Shown here: piece after piece, positions 25,061 to 38,389 of the stretch | Layout: every line of letters starts with the position of its first letter | Position numbering within the stretch: the first letter of the stretch is position 1 | Origin: Malacoraja senta | Taxonomy: Eukaryota | Reading direction: 5' to 3' | NCBI GenBank assembly: GCA_038087875.1 | Contig: CM075989.1 | Location: 6,076,001-6,140,000, forward strand | Length of the DNA: 64,000 bases | Notes under the pieces: model-generated | The model's database searches: none | The model's input: the letters and a program-made list of their open reading frames with translations, nothing else | Told to the model about the DNA's origin: nothing | Program-made: the position numbers and the translations under genes

Positions 25061-25623
25061 TCCCAGCCAATTGACTAGCGATCCTTTACAATTCTACGAG
25101 TCAATCCTCCCCTGGCTGGTTCGTAGTTGAACATCTCAGCGGGGAGGGTCTCTGCAAAGATAGGACACACTGTTCACAATCTCATGCTCTCCTTCAACAC
25201 CTCTGAAATGTGGCCACTGTTGTAACACAGGAGCCAATGCAGCCAATCTTTGCACAGCAAGCTCTCATCAGCAGCATCACAGTAATGTCCAGACAGCATG
25301 TTGTCCTGACTTGGGTTGTGGGGATGCATGTTGGCCACCAATAGTAGATAGTGAACCTTGTCCATGGAAAGGTGTCATGGCAAGACCAGCAGATATTGCT
25401 CAACTCTCCCTAGTTATTCAACTCTACACAACTCTTCACTATTAAACACCACAACCTTCAAATGGGCTCCAAACTATATAGACTTGGGGACACTATCTTT
25501 GCACTACTATTGACTATATATTTTGTTTCTTTAACTGGTTGGCGTGGACTTAGTGCAAAGAGCCTGTTTCTGCACTGTATCTCTAAACTAAACCCTCTCT
25601 CCCTAAACTAAACCCTCTTTCTC

Positions 25624-25865
<242 letters not shown>

Positions 25866-26149
25866 GAATTATTTTGTGTTTATTATGGGTTTTACAGTGT
25901 ACTTTGTTTACATATTCTGTTGTGATGCTGCAAGTAAAAATTTCCAGGACATGTGACAGTAAAACACTCTCTCTTCTCTTCTCTCGAACAGATGGAAGCT
26001 GAGTTGAACTTCTCCAATAATCCTCTGGCTCAGAGATGTAAATAATAATAATTCAGTCGCAGCTGGCAGTAAACCAGCAGAAAGATGGATTCTGCTGGTA
26101 TTCTCTTATTGTGATTTGCATTCGCAACTCGGGCGGCACGGTGGTGCAG

Positions 26150-26437
26150 TGGTAGAGTTGCCGCTTTACAGCGCCAGAGACCCGGGTTCGATCCTGACTA
26201 CGGGTGCTGTCTGTACGGAGTTTGTACATTATCCCTGTGACCGCATGGGTTTTCTCCGGGATCTTCGGTTTCCTCACACTCCAAAGTCATACAGGCTTGT
26301 AGGTTAATTGGCTTGATATAAATGTAATTTGTCCCTAGTGTGTGTAGGATAGTGTAAGTGTGCGGGGATCGCTGGTCGGTGCAGACTCTGTGGTCCAAAG
26401 GGCCTATTTCGTGCTGTATTTCTAAATTAAACCAAAC
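26150..26437 (+). mobile_element. Full-length V-SINE (head begins ~26130)
   Basis: gggcggcacggtggtgcagtgg...gggttcgatcc...ctaaattaaaccaaact. Confidence 0.9.
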
Positions 26438-26951
26438 TCCACGATATCCCAGACTACTGTACAATCAATGTTTGATATGTAGACTCCACAGTCTAATACA
26501 ACCATTGTATTTGCGCCTTGTTTGGGGGTGGCTGAGGGAGAACGCACACTCACGAGATGAGGGACAACACTGAAGACTCAGGAAGTCCTCCCACCCGATT
26601 CAATATCTTCATCAGGAAGTTTGAAGGAACAAGGTTTTCAGGAAACAAATGTATGATATTTGATCTCTACCTGAGGCCTGACTCAATGTTTCTTTCCCTC
26701 ATGATAGATTGCCAGTCATTTGTTGCTTATTCACACATTCTTGCCAAATGTCATCGGTACACGCAAGAATGTAACAGAATACCCGGAAAGATGTCAACAA
26801 TTTTTTCTGAAAATCCATGGATGATTCAGTCTAAATGTTTGAGTGGCTTCGGTCTGAATGACAATAAAGGGCTATCTAATCTATCTAATCTAATCTAATA
26901 TAAAAATGGTTCAACTTGTTATTGATCAATTTAAACTCTCATACTTTTCTA

Positions 26952-27255
26952 TAGACTTCAGACTTTAGAAATACAGCACGGAAACAAGCCATTCGGCCCA
27001 CCGAGTCCGCACCGACCAGCGATCACCCCGTACACTAGTTCTATCCTACAATCACTCGGGAGAACTTACAGAGGCTAATTAACCTGCAAACCCGCATGTC
27101 TTTGGAGTGCGGGAGGAAACCGGAGCACCCGGAGGAAACTCACATGGTCACTGGGAAAACGTGTAAACTACAAACAGACAGTTCCCGAAGTCAGGATCGA
27201 ACCGGGGTCTCTGGCGCTATGAGGCAGCAACTCTACCGCTGTGCCACTGTACCCT
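26952..27255 (-). mobile_element. Full-length V-SINE
   Basis: A/B boxes, V-domain and tail. Confidence 0.9.
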
Positions 27256-27707
27256 CCGCATTGTCCACCATAAATTGCCTTTAGGGTGAGGTGAGGAGTA
27301 GAATCTGGGGGAATTGATGAGAACATGAGGGTTTGTATTGAACTCAAGTAAGTGGGTGCTTGGTGGGTCATTGTGCCCTCTGTGGGCTGCAGGGTCCATC
27401 TGAAAGTAGCAGTGGGAAGACCATTACTGCTGGCTGGTATTGATCAATGTCCTGCAACATATGACACATTCTACATGTTGGTATAGGCAGGGAAATACTT
27501 GCTTCGTGATCTTAAAAAATGGAAAGATTTATTGACATCAATTATACAAAATGCTCATATTCATACATCACATCTTAGTTTATAAGGGACAATTATTTTA
27601 GTGCTAAAGTTGCTGATCCAGTAATCTAGAGACTTGGATTAATGATCTGGAGAAATACAATGGTTCAGATTCTCCCACAGCAGTTTAGTTGAGGTTAGAT
27701 TTGGAAT

Positions 27708-28322
27708 TTTAGTTTAGTTTAGTTCAGTGTGGAAACAGGCCCTTCGGCCCATCGAGTCCCTGCCCGGACAGTGATCACACCGTACATGAGCACCATCCTT
27801 CACACTAGGGACAACTTACAATTTTTACCAAAGACAATTACCCTACAAACCTGTACGTCTTTGGAGTAAACCGGAGCACCCGGAGAAAACCCACGCGGTC
27901 ACAGGGAGAAAGAACAAACCCCATACACACAGCACCCGTAATCAGGATCGAACCTGTGTCTCTGGTGCTGTGAGGCAGCAACTCTACTGCAGTGCACTGT
28001 GCCGCCCTTTCGAGACTCAGCATGAAAACAGGCCCTTCTGCCCACCGACCCCACACTGATTATCAGTCACTCATTCACACTGGTTGTATGTTATCCCTTT
28101 TCCTCATCCGCTCCCTAAACACTTGTGGCAATTTTACAGAGGGCCAATTAACCTACAAACCCGCACATCTTTGGGATGTGGGAGGAAGCCGGAGCACCCG
28201 GAGGAAACCCACCGCGGTCAGAGGGAGAGCGTTTAAACTCCACACAGACAGCACCCGAGGACGGGATCGATATCTGGTGATGTGAGGCAGCAGCTCTACC
28301 TGCTGCGTCACTGTGCCGCCCT
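27708..28322 (-). mobile_element. Two tandem V-SINEs
   Basis: Copies at 27708-28008 and 28015-28322. Confidence 0.88.
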
Positions 28323-28738
28323 TTATTGTTGCCATCATTCGGAGTTTCATAATTCAGTGGCCAGGTTGTTAATAATCAAAAAGGCGCAAGGGTACTAAAG
28401 TGATGGGGAACAGCGGTCGGCATGGACTCGATGGGCCGAACGGCCTGTTTCCACACTGTATCACCGAAGTCTAAACTAATGGCTGCTGCGCGTGCCATAG
28501 CCGGGAATAAAGCAGAGAGGGGGCAACAATGCCCATTGGCTTATGGAGATATTCTGGGATTCCACAGGAGCTGCATGCATCTTGGACAACAATAATGGTG
28601 TTTTAATTTGAAAATATAATAAATATTGTAATTATATCAATCAGGCATTCAATAAAAGATATTGCTCTTGTATTGGTCATAAGAAGCAGAGATCTATTAA
28701 ACTTGGCTCAATTGCTGAGCTATGTTTGTTAATGCACT

Positions 28739-29178
28739 GACTTTAGACTTTTACTTTAGAGATACAGGGTGGAAACAGACCCTTATAGACAATAGACAAT
28801 AGACAATAGTGCAGGAGGAGGCCATTCGGCCCTTCAAGCCAGCATCGCCATTCAATGTGATCATGGCTTCTCCCCATATCCCCTGACTCCGCTATCTTCA
28901 AGAGCCCTACAGCCCCTCGAGTCCACGCCAGCCGGCGATCGACCCGTACACTAGAACTGTCCTACATACCACGGACAATTTACAACTTTACCAAAGCCAA
29001 TTAACCTACATACCTGTACGTCTTTGGAGTGTGGGAGGAAACCGGAGCACCTGGAGAAAACCCACGCAGGTCACGGGGAGAACGTACAAACTACGTGCAG
29101 AGAGCACCCGAAGTCAGGATCGAACCTGGGTCTCTGGCACTGTAAGGCAGCAACTCAACCGCTGCGCCAGCATGCCGC
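28739..29178 (-). mobile_element. V-SINE with nested CR1 tail (~28786-28908)
   Basis: (AGACAAT)n-led CR1 end inside the SINE tail. Confidence 0.85.
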
Positions 29179-29689
29179 TCTAAGTTGTGAAGGTGAAAGT
29201 TTGGGAGATGCAAGGAAATGCAGGTGCTGGTTCACAAAGAAAAGATACAAATCGCTGGAGTAACAACGAGCCAGGCAGCATCTCCGGACAACATGAATAG
29301 GCAACGTTTCGGGTCGGGACCCTTCTTCCGACTTTTGCTGGGGAGGCAAAAGCTGGAAGTGGGGTGGGGGCAGGTAAGTGATAGGTGGATACAGGTGAGA
29401 GGGGGGCGGGGGGGGGGGGTGGGGGTTATGTAGGTGTTGATCTATCCATCTGTGGCTGACTAGAACACAGACCAACCTGTTTCTATTGTTTACAAAGGGT
29501 TTTAAGGCTTCATGAAGAATATTATAGCAATCACATCTGCAGTTCTGAGCCAAAGCACCTAATTAATTTCTTCTGTTTAGGATTTAGTCCTTCTAAGTAT
29601 TGATGTTTCAGCTGTCTGGTCTGGTTCAGAGTCATTCCAGCGGGGACACTCTCAGTACCCACTTAGCTGATCTCAGGAAGTGTGTCCGA

Positions 29690-29789
29690 TCAGTCTGAAG
29701 AAGGGTTTCGGCCCGAAACGTTGCCTATTTCCTTTGCTCCATAGATGCTGCTGCACCCGCTGAGTTTCTCCAGCATTTTTGTCTACCTC
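29690..29789 (+). mobile_element. Penelope-derived monomer with hammerhead core at 29695-29722
   Basis: ctgaagaagggtttcggcccgaaacgtt. Confidence 0.85.
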
Positions 29790-30171
29790 CAATTGGGCTT
29801 GTTGCCTTTGGTGCTGTTTCTCTATGATTCCTGTTCCTCTCCTACATCTATCGCAAAACTACTAGTCTGGGCTCATACAAGGATAGGTGATACGTTGGTG
29901 AGAGGAAACAACAGTTTCTGAACCTCAGTAAGAAGAGGAGAAGGATGATAACAGGAACTAGATTTAGAGTCATAGAGTCATACAACGTGTAAGCAGGCCC
30001 TTCGGCCCAACTTGTCCACACCCACCAACATCTCCCACCTACGCTAGTCCCACCTGCCTGCGTTTGGTCCATGTCTCTCTAAACCTGTCCTATCCATGTA
30101 CCTGTCTTATTATTTCCTAAACGTTGCACTAGTCCCTGCCTCAACTACCTCCTCTGGCAGCTTATATCATA

Positions 30172-31377
30172 CAAAAAACCGGCCCTTCAGCCCAGCGAGT
30201 CCACGCCGATCAGAGATCCCCACATACGATCACCATCCTACACACACTCGGGGCAATTTGCAAAGTTACCAAAGCCAATTAGCCTACAAACCTGTTGTGT
30301 TAAAGAAGGAACTGCAGATGCTGGAAAATCGAAGGTACACAAAAATGCTGGAGAAACTCAGCGGGTGCAGCAGCATCTATGGAACGAAGGAAGTAGGTAA
30401 CGTTTCGGGCCGAAACCCTTCTTCAGACTTCTACAAACCTGTTCGGCTTTGGAGTGTGGGAGGAAACCGGAGATCCCGGGGAAATCCCACAGAGGCCATG
30501 GGAAGAAAGTACAAACTCCGTGCAGACTGGCCCTCAATAAAGGATGTTGTGTTGGTAGTTCTCCCTCTGTGGTTTGCCTAATGAGTAGCAGTATTTAAAG
30601 CGTCTAAAGGCACGATTGCTGTCCTGTTCCATTGAGGCAGGTTGACAAACTCCACTGCGTTCAAAACACAGCTAGGACAAGATTTATCTTCACTGCCGTT
30701 ATGCTTCTATAAACTCGGTGTCTTCCTGTGGTTTATCCCTAACCAGGACTTGTTGTGCTGAAAGATTATCAATGCTCTGTCAGGGCAGAATAACCTATTG
30801 TGAAACCACTAAAGGCATCAATGGAATTTAAAGTCATCTTGAACTAATGCTGGGGAAAAGCAACTCCAATAGAGGCAATCTCCCCACAAGATAAGCCGAG
30901 AACATATGTATTTTTCTGCATTGATTTCCTCACTGTCATCACCTCCTCTTCTGTAGCAGGTCATAGAGACATCGAGTCATAGAATGATACAGAACAGGCC
31001 CTTCGGCCCAACTTGCCCAAACCGGCCAACATGTCACAGCTACACTAGTCCCAGCTGCCTGCATTTGGCCCATATCCCTCCAAACCTGTCCTATCATGTC
31101 CCCGTCTGTTTCTTAAACGTTGGGATAGCCCCTGCCTCAACTACCACTACCTCCTCTGGCAGCTTGTTCCATACACCCACCACCCTTTGTGTGAAAAAAT
31201 TATCCCTCAGATTCCAATTCAATCTTTTTTCCCTTCACATTAAACCTATTTCCTCTGGTTCTCGATTCCCCTACTCTGGGCAAGAGACTCTGTGCGTCTG
31301 CCCGGTCGATTCATCTCACGGTTTTATACACATCTGTAAGATCACCCCTCATCCTCCTGCGCTCCAGGGAGTAGAGA
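30172..31377 (+). repeat. Local segmental duplication, copy B
   Basis: Paralog of 23995-25060; carries an extra PLE unit. Confidence 0.95.
30297..30430 (-). mobile_element. Complete 134-bp Penelope-derived hammerhead monomer
   Basis: TSD ctacaaacctgtt at 30284-30296 and 30431-30443. Empty site at 24106-24118. Core at 30399-30426(-). Confidence 0.93.
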
Positions 31378-32051
31378 ATTGAGGCCATTCAGCACGTCCA
31401 ATTAATTCTATCATTCAGCCAGTGATTTGCTCACATGTACCTTAACCTTATCGATTTGATTGAGCTCCATATCCTTCAATAACCTAACTGAACAACGAAT
31501 TTAGCAATCTCTGTTGCGAGACCCCCAATTGTGTCATTTTAAATATCTTTTGGCAAATGAATACTTCAGTTATAGATAAAAAGAAAGTGAAATTTATAGA
31601 TTGGTTTAAACCAGACTGTAACTGATGAATGAGACGTCAATGGGCTCTGGTGTAAGGGGCCGTTAAGGGATTAGTTGTATTCCCATTGCAGGATTGTCTT
31701 GGCATGACATCTTCCCTTATGTGATGGATGACTCCAGCTTAATACTGCTGCTCTCTGCTCGAGATTACGTGTTTTCGCTGCTGCAGAGACTAAAGTCAGC
31801 AAAAGAGATTTCACATTTTTCCTTGTACCTTAAAAATATTTAGTAACAATAGGCCCAGTAAAACTATTCGCTTTCCAAATATTTCAGTCACCTGGCACCA
31901 TACTGTTCAATCCCTCCTCTCTCGGGAAACACGTTCAATTACCTCGTGAACACATTTGTGCACTACTTTCCTTTGTTTCGATCCATATTCTTACTGAATC
32001 ACCTGAGATGTCGTTTTCCCTGATCTCCTTACGTATTCTGAAATTCCTTAT

Positions 32052-32283
32052 GTGTAAGAAAGAACTGCAGATGCTGGATTAAATCTAACGTAGACGCACA
32101 ATGCTGGAGTAACTCAGCGGGTGAGGTAGATTCTCTGGAGAGAAGGAATGGGCGACGTTTCTGGTCGAGACCCTTCTTCAGACTCTGCACAAAAAATGCT
32201 GGAGTAACTCAGCGGGTGAGGCAGCATCTCTGGAGAGAAGGAATGGGCGACGTTTCGGGTCGAGACCCTTCTTCAGTCTGAAG
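32052..32283 (-). mobile_element. Head-to-tail dimer of the Penelope-derived hammerhead unit
   Basis: Cores at 32154-32181 and 32249-32276, period 95 nt. Confidence 0.88.
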
Positions 32284-32973
32284 GGGAACCCGCGACCGCC
32301 TGCACCAACACCACCACCCACGTCCACCGCAAACCTCCGGCAGCCACCCCTCCGCATCCGTGCACCGGGATGACCAAGTCCCTGCTTCCCGAGTCAACCA
32401 CGGAACATTATAAATTCTAGAGGGAAACATTTACACCGTGTAGCTCTCCGCTTCATTTTTAATAAAATCCAATTATTAGAGAGTCACAAAGTCATACAGC
32501 AAGGAAGCAGGCTCTTCGGCCCAACTTGCCCATGCTGACCAACATGCCCAATCTACCCCATCTATTTAATGCAGTTCGATCTTGATAATGGGCTAGGAAT
32601 ACCCAGTCATATATTGGACCCTCTGCCACCATGAGAAGGATTCACAGCAGAGGAATAAAGATGTGGTTAGTTGGCACTCATGCCTGTTCTGTTATTCAAG
32701 AAGGTCATGGCTGATCTCTATTCCCAGTGTCCCAGTTAATCTTCATTGGTATCATTTGATTCCCTTAGCATTTAAAAACCCACCTTAAATACATTCATCC
32801 ATTAGGTTTCACAGGGCACAGAATGACAATGATTCACCACTCTCTGGATAGTTAAATATTTTTTCACTTCAGAGATATATGTGCTTCTTTCCAGCCCCCA
32901 AAACAATCACCCCAACAAGCCCTCAATCTCCACATCCATCAACTCTGGATTTCCTCCCAAACCATTTACCTCT

Positions 32974-33246
32974 TAGTTTAGATTAGTTTAGAGTTACAGC
33001 CCGGAAACAGACCCTTCGGCCGACCGAGTCCGCGCTGACCAGCGATCCCCGCACACTCACAGTATCCTGCACACACCTGGGATCATTTACAATTTTACCA
33101 AGCCAATTCACCTACAAACCTGCACGTCTTTGGTGTGTGGGAGGAAACCAGGGAACCCGGAGAAAACCCGTGACCGCCGGTCACGGGAAGAACGTACAAA
33201 CTCCGTACAGACAGCAACCCTTGTCTCTGGCGCTGAAAGGTAACTC
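32974..33246 (-). mobile_element. V-SINE
   Basis: Tail and V-domain present; internal deletion in the head. Confidence 0.85.
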
Positions 33247-33282
33247 TCTTAACCTCTCTTTCTCTTCCTCAAGCCCTGCAGT

Positions 33283-33576
33283 TGGGCCTGTCCCACTTAC
33301 GCGATTTTTTCGGCGAAAATTGTCAGCATGTTGAAAATCCAGTGGCGACCAGAACAAGGTACGAATCTTTGGGCGACTTCTCACGACCATTCAGGCTTCA
33401 CCCCGCGACATGTCACCAGGGTGTCGCCTGTATGGTCGTGAGTCGTCTCCTTGTCACCCAAAGAGTCGTAGCGTCTTTCTGGTCACCGCTGGATTTTCAA
33501 CATGTTCGGCGACCTGCAACGACCTATGACGGGTGCCGGCAGTCGCCGAAAAAGTCGCGTAAGTGGGACAGGCCCA
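33283..33576. mobile_element. PIF/Harbinger MITE, same subfamily as 22076-22406
   Basis: TIR TGGGCCTGTCCCACTTACGCGA and collinear interior. TTA on the right side only. Confidence 0.88.
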
Positions 33577-33736
33577 TTAGACTTTCCTCGCCTACCCAAT
33601 ATGTCCGCCCAAGGTGAGGCATCAAGATGTTTGACGATGGTATCCTTTGTTTTAGCTGCATTATCGATGTCAGACAAATGGAAACTGTAGCTGTTATTAT
33701 TGAGGTTAAGAAGAATAGTGTTTGGGAGCGTTCTGC

Positions 33737-34050
33737 TTAGTTTAGTTTACAGATATAGCATGGAAACAGGCCCATTGGCCCACTGAGTCCATGCCGACCA
33801 TCGATTCCACATCAACCTGGTCACACTAGTTCTATGTTATCCCACTATCTCATCCACTCCCTACACACTAGGGGTTATTTGCAGAGACCAACTAACCTAC
33901 AAACTCACGCGTCTTTAGAACATGGGAGGAAACACGAAGGAATCCTATGCGATCACAGGGAAAATGTGTAAACTCTAGAGACAGATAGCACCGGATATCA
34001 GGATTGAACCCCGGTCTCTGGAACAGTGGGGAAAGCAAAACTCAGTGGCA
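33737..34050 (-). mobile_element. V-SINE (diverged)
   Basis: Tail, V-domain and B-box complement ggattgaacc. Confidence 0.8.
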
Positions 34051-34129
34051 AATAATTTTATAAAATTCAATGGGATCCAGAAGTTACATTCAATAGCTGA
34101 AGCTTTTGTGAAGTTTTCACAGTGCTTAA

Positions 34130-34631
34130 AAGGCCTGTCCCACTTGGGCGACCTAATCCGCGAGTTCTGGCGAGTTTGCCCTCGTCTCATACTCGCAGCA
34201 TGGTCGACACGAGGTCGTAGGAGGTCTTTGTAACTCTACTTCATGCTCGAGAGTGGTCTCCGCGTACTCGAGGCCTCAGCTGGGTCGCGACGTTTTATTC
34301 AATAAGTTAAAAATGCCCGCGAGTAAAAAAAGATCGCCATGGAAAAAATCAATACATTTTCTACTCATAGGTTTGGTCGTAGTAGGTCGTAGTAGGTTGG
34401 CATTTTAGTCATAGGTAATCGAGGGTAGTCGAAGGGAGGTCGAAGGAGATCGAAGGAGGTCGTCTTCACTCTCCACTATTCGGTGTCCAATTTTCCCGAA
34501 GCTAATCGAAGCTAGTTGAAGCTAGTCTTCAACATAGTCAAAGGAGGTCGAAGGAGGTCTTCAACATGTCATTTAACTCTCCTAAACTCTTCTAAACTCG
34601 CCAATTAGGTCGCCCAAGTGGGACAGCCCCT
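34130..34631. mobile_element. PIF/Harbinger MITE, longer relative of 3984-4221
   Basis: TIR A(A/G)GG(C/G)CTGTCCCACTTGGGCGACCTAAT. TAA TSD at 34127-34129 and 34632-34634. Internal gtcgaaggag/gtcgtag repeats. Confidence 0.88.
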
Positions 34632-34754
34632 TAAGACCTGTCATTTATGGTCATGGGAAGTGTTATGCTGCTGACTTAGAGCGATGCAGGTTCCATCCAT
34701 TGACAGGTCAATTCATTTCCCACTGCACCCTTGCAGTTCTGAGCCTGTCTGTGA

Positions 34755-35258
34755 GTCGGGGTAGAGAGGACATTGACTGGTTGCATCACGGCTTGTTTCG
34801 GCAACTCGAACGCCCGGAAATGAAGGCGATTCTAGAAAGTGGTGAACATTTCCCGGTCCATCACGGATATTGATCTCCCCACCATCGAAGGGATCTACAG
34901 GAGGCGCTGCCTCAAAAAGGCAGCCAGCATCATCAGAGACCCGCACCACCCTGATCATGCTCTCATTTCACTCCTGCCATCGGGAAGAAGGTACAGGAGC
35001 CTGAAAACTGTGACGCCCAGGTTCAGGAACAGCTTCTTCCCAACAACCATCAGGCTATTGAATGCCGTGAACTCCAACTAAACTCCAAACTACGAACTAC
35101 CTTGGTTACACAAGGGACTTGGGGCTTTGTTGTATGTTTGCACTATATTTGGGTTTTCAAATTAATTGAACATTTTTTGTTTGATTATTATATTATCTAT
35201 TCAGTATTGCGTTTAGAAACCTGTTGTGCTGTTGCTGCAAGTAAAGAATTTCATTGTT
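34755..35258 (+). pseudogene. Rex1/Babar-type LINE RT C-terminal fragment
   Basis: LTGCITACFGN...ITDIDLPTIEGIYRRRCLKKAASIIRDPHHP.HALISLLPSGRRYRSLK..T.RFRNSFFP..IRLLN (ORF 34839..35081). Confidence 0.88.
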
Positions 35259-35260
35259 TG

Positions 35261-35512
35261 AGGTGGCACAGTGGAGCAGCAGTAGAGCTGCTGCCTTAGA
35301 GCACCAGAGACCCGGGTTCAATCCCGACCTCAGGTGCTGTCTGTACAGAGTTTGTACGTTCTCCCCGTGACCGCGTGGGATTTCTCCGGGTTCTCCGGTT
35401 CCCTCCAACGCTCCAAAGACATACGGGTGTATGGGTTTTAATTGGCTTGGGCAGGATAGTGTTAGTGACAGGGGTGATACTTGGTGGGCTGAAGGGCCTG
35501 TTTCCACGCTAT
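35261..35512 (+). mobile_element. V-SINE inserted in the Rex1 tail
   Basis: A/B boxes and V-domain. The Rex1 tail resumes ctggtgcatatgacaacaaaa. Confidence 0.85.
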
Positions 35513-36619
35513 GACTGGTGCATATGACAACAAAATACACTCTTGATCCTTGAGTCCGGCCTCGTTCAGCCCTCACAAGCTGCATCTTCACACCTCCTGA
35601 AGCCTGCAGTTCGATTCCCCGACAATTACTCAAGGGGTGGTCTCCCATTGAGACATGAATGAGATCTTGGCTGTGCAATTAGCCAGGTTGTATTTGGAAA
35701 CAGGGGCATGGTTGAGAGGGGCCTCATACATAGAAATAAAACAATACATGTTCATGCGTTCCGTGGCTGGGAAACTGCATTTCGTGGCGTTTTGTTTGAA
35801 TTCAGGATGCCTCATTCTTTCAGGGTTCTGTGGAAGCCTCTATGAGGCCATTGTCGGACTCACACAAGGCCCCACTCCAGTAAGCCCTGAAATAATTGCT
35901 GTCATTTCACCTCAAAGAAGGAAAGTGAAGCCCCATTTACACCCAGGTCTGTCTGTTACCTTTGCTCTTTCATCCCAGTGCTTTGTTCTTTTCCTTTGCT
36001 CTCCACCATGCAAGTCCTGCCATGCATCTACAACACATTCAGAGGGACCAACGCACAATATCTTGCCGGAAGCTCATTAAAATCGTCCGACAAAGCGCAG
36101 AAATGAGCACCGCATCCACTGACCCATTCTCTGTTTCAGTTAAACTGGCACCGCGGAAAGATTTGACAAACACCACTCTCCTTTCATACAGACTCAGAAA
36201 TCCATTCTGCCTTTCTGATACCTTAAAGATGCCATAAAAATAGGAGATGCTGGACACAAAATGCTGGAGTGACTCAGCAGGTCGGGCAGCATCTCTGGAG
36301 CTCATGATTTTTCTCCAGAGGTGCTGCCTGACCCATTGAGTTACACCAGCATTTTGTGCCTATCTTTTTTCTCCATAAAATTGGAAGTCATTGTTAGTAT
36401 CGGTAGCAACCTTCCTGAGAATGCCCAACGTCACGGCAAACTATTTCAGCTGTTTCCACCACCCGTGTTTCTGTTCCCATATAAGTTTTGCAATTACCAG
36501 GGAGAGCAGATCCTTCAACTTTTGGGATTTAAGGGATTTGAGATCCCGACGGAGCAGGGAACGCAACGATTGTTTTCCATCTTCAACAAGAAAGACAATA
36601 AAGCTATTTGCTTTGTGCT

Positions 36620-37160
36620 CAGGCACGGAAATCGCTATCAAAATATGGAGGGGACAGGGGGGACACAATTTCTTGGCGGCCGCGCGCGCATGCGCACACT
36701 AACACACGCGCGATGCTTCGAGGCTCAATCCGCACTCGGGTGGGGACAGGGATGGTCCAGTGGCGGTTCGGCAGTGATTGGAGAGCTGGGATCGATCCTG
36801 GCTGCGGATGAGGAGCAGGTCTGTGTCCAGGGCTGCCAAGAGTGTTTTGGCACGTCTCCCTCCTCCAATCACCGCGCTCTATTCTCAGTCCCACCCCCCT
36901 ACCTCCACCTCTGACCGACACTTCCCTCCTCCAATGATCGCGCTGAATCATCATGTCCCGCCCCCATTGCCTGCTGATCGACGTCTCTCTCGTCCAATCA
37001 GCGCCCTCGATCAGCAGTCCCACCCTCACTGTCTCGCGGAAAGCGGAGATTTCACCGGGTTTTAAAATCCGGATTACAAAAAATGGGGGGGGGACTGTCC
37101 CCCACCTCTCAAAACAAGCGTGTGTCCCCTGCCCCCCTCCCCCCGGGAGTTCCGCCCCTG
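36620..37160. mobile_element. Non-autonomous hAT DNA transposon
   Basis: 8-bp TSD tttgtgct at 36612-36619 and 37161-37168. Imperfect TIR CAGGCACGGAAATC / CAGGGGCGGAACTC, with subterminal ggggaca/tgtcccc motifs. Confidence 0.85.
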
Positions 37161-37274
37161 TTTGTGCTTGATATCTAATCATGCTTCATTGGACAATAAT
37201 GGACTTCAACGTGTTGTTATTCATTGGGGCTTTACAGTGGGGGGGATTAACTTTTGGTAATTCATCCTCGTGAA

Positions 37275-37695
37275 TGAGTGGGTTTTCTCCGCGATCTTCG
37301 GTTTCCTCCCACAGACGCGCAGGTTTTGTAGGTTAAATGTGTCGGAAGGAACTGCCGAAGCTGGTCAAAGATAAACACAAAGAGCTGGAGTAACTCAGCA
37401 GGTCAGACAACATCTCTGGAGAAAAGGAATAGGTGATGTTTCGGGTCAGGTCTGAAGAAGGGCCTGGACCCGAATCATCACCCATTCCTTTTCTCCAGTG
37501 ATGATGTCTTTTGACCCGCTGAGTTACTCCAGCTGTATGTGTCTATCCCAGGTTGGTAGGTGAATTAACTTGGTATAAATGTAAAATTGTCCCTGGTGTC
37601 TGTAGGGTAGTGTTAATGTGCGGGGATCACTGGCCGGTGCGGACTCGGTGGGCCGAAGGGCCTGTTTCTGCGCTGTATCTCTAAACTAAACTAAA
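37275..37695 (+). mobile_element. V-SINE 3' part with nested fold-back PLE unit (~37338-37548)
   Basis: Imperfect duplication caggtt(t/g)(t)gtaggt(t/g)aa flanks the inverted pLTR arms. Confidence 0.8.
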
Positions 37696-37962
37696 GTCAT
37701 AGTGCAGTACAGCAAGGAAACAGGCCCTTCAGCCGACCTTGTCTATGTCAACCAAGGTGCCACAATGGGCTGGTCTCAATTACCAGCATTTGGCCCATAG
37801 CCCTCTAATCCTTCCTATCCATACAGCAGACGAGACGGAACATTGCAGCATAAGAACAGGCCCTTCGGCCCACAATGTCTGTGCCTTCATTTATCTGCCT
37901 CCACATAACCCATGTCCCTACAGTCCCTGTATTTCCAATTGCCTACCCAAAAGTATTTTTAA

Positions 37963-38273
37963 TTTTACCTTTTACTTTACTTTGGAGATACAGCATGGAA
38001 GTAGGCCCTTTGGCCCACTGAGTCCATGCCGACCAGCAATCACCCGTACACTAGCATTATCCTACACACTCAGGAAAAATTTCAATTCTTCCCACAGCTA
38101 ATTAACCTACAAACCTGTACATCTTTGGAGCGGGGGAGGAAACCAGAGCTCCCGGAGAAAACCCACGTGGTTACAGGGAGAACATACAAACTCCGTACTG
38201 ACAGTGCCCGTGGTCAGGATCGTACCCAGGTTTCTGGCGCTGTAAGGCAGCAACTCTACCGCTGTGCCACCGT
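37963..38273 (-). mobile_element. V-SINE
   Basis: Complete body and (GTAAAA)-type tail. Confidence 0.88.
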
Positions 38274-38389
38274 GTAATGCCACTAATGAATCTGCTTCAA
38301 CCACCACTTTTGGCAGCACATTCCAGGTACTCACCACCCTCTGTGTAAAAATACGTGCCCCACTCATCTCCTTTAAACATTGCCCCAGT

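Noticed and set aside
26130..26200. tRNA-like A/B boxes in many places
   Set aside because: They are heads of V-SINEs followed by a V-domain and LINE-like tail; no complete cloverleaf.
31650..31835. Possible minus-strand exon after a tttttaag acceptor
   Set aside because: The frames I translated give short unrecognisable peptides ending in stops, with no clear donor; needs RNA-seq.
34370..34570. Short repeated units (gtcgaaggag, gaagctag) resembling a CRISPR or iteron array
   Set aside because: Internal repeats of a Harbinger MITE, with no constant repeat-unique spacer periodicity; eukaryotic context.
36321..37182. 197-aa and 187-aa ORFs as a hAT transposase
   Set aside because: They cross element boundaries and lack BED/DDE motifs; the 541-bp element is non-autonomous.
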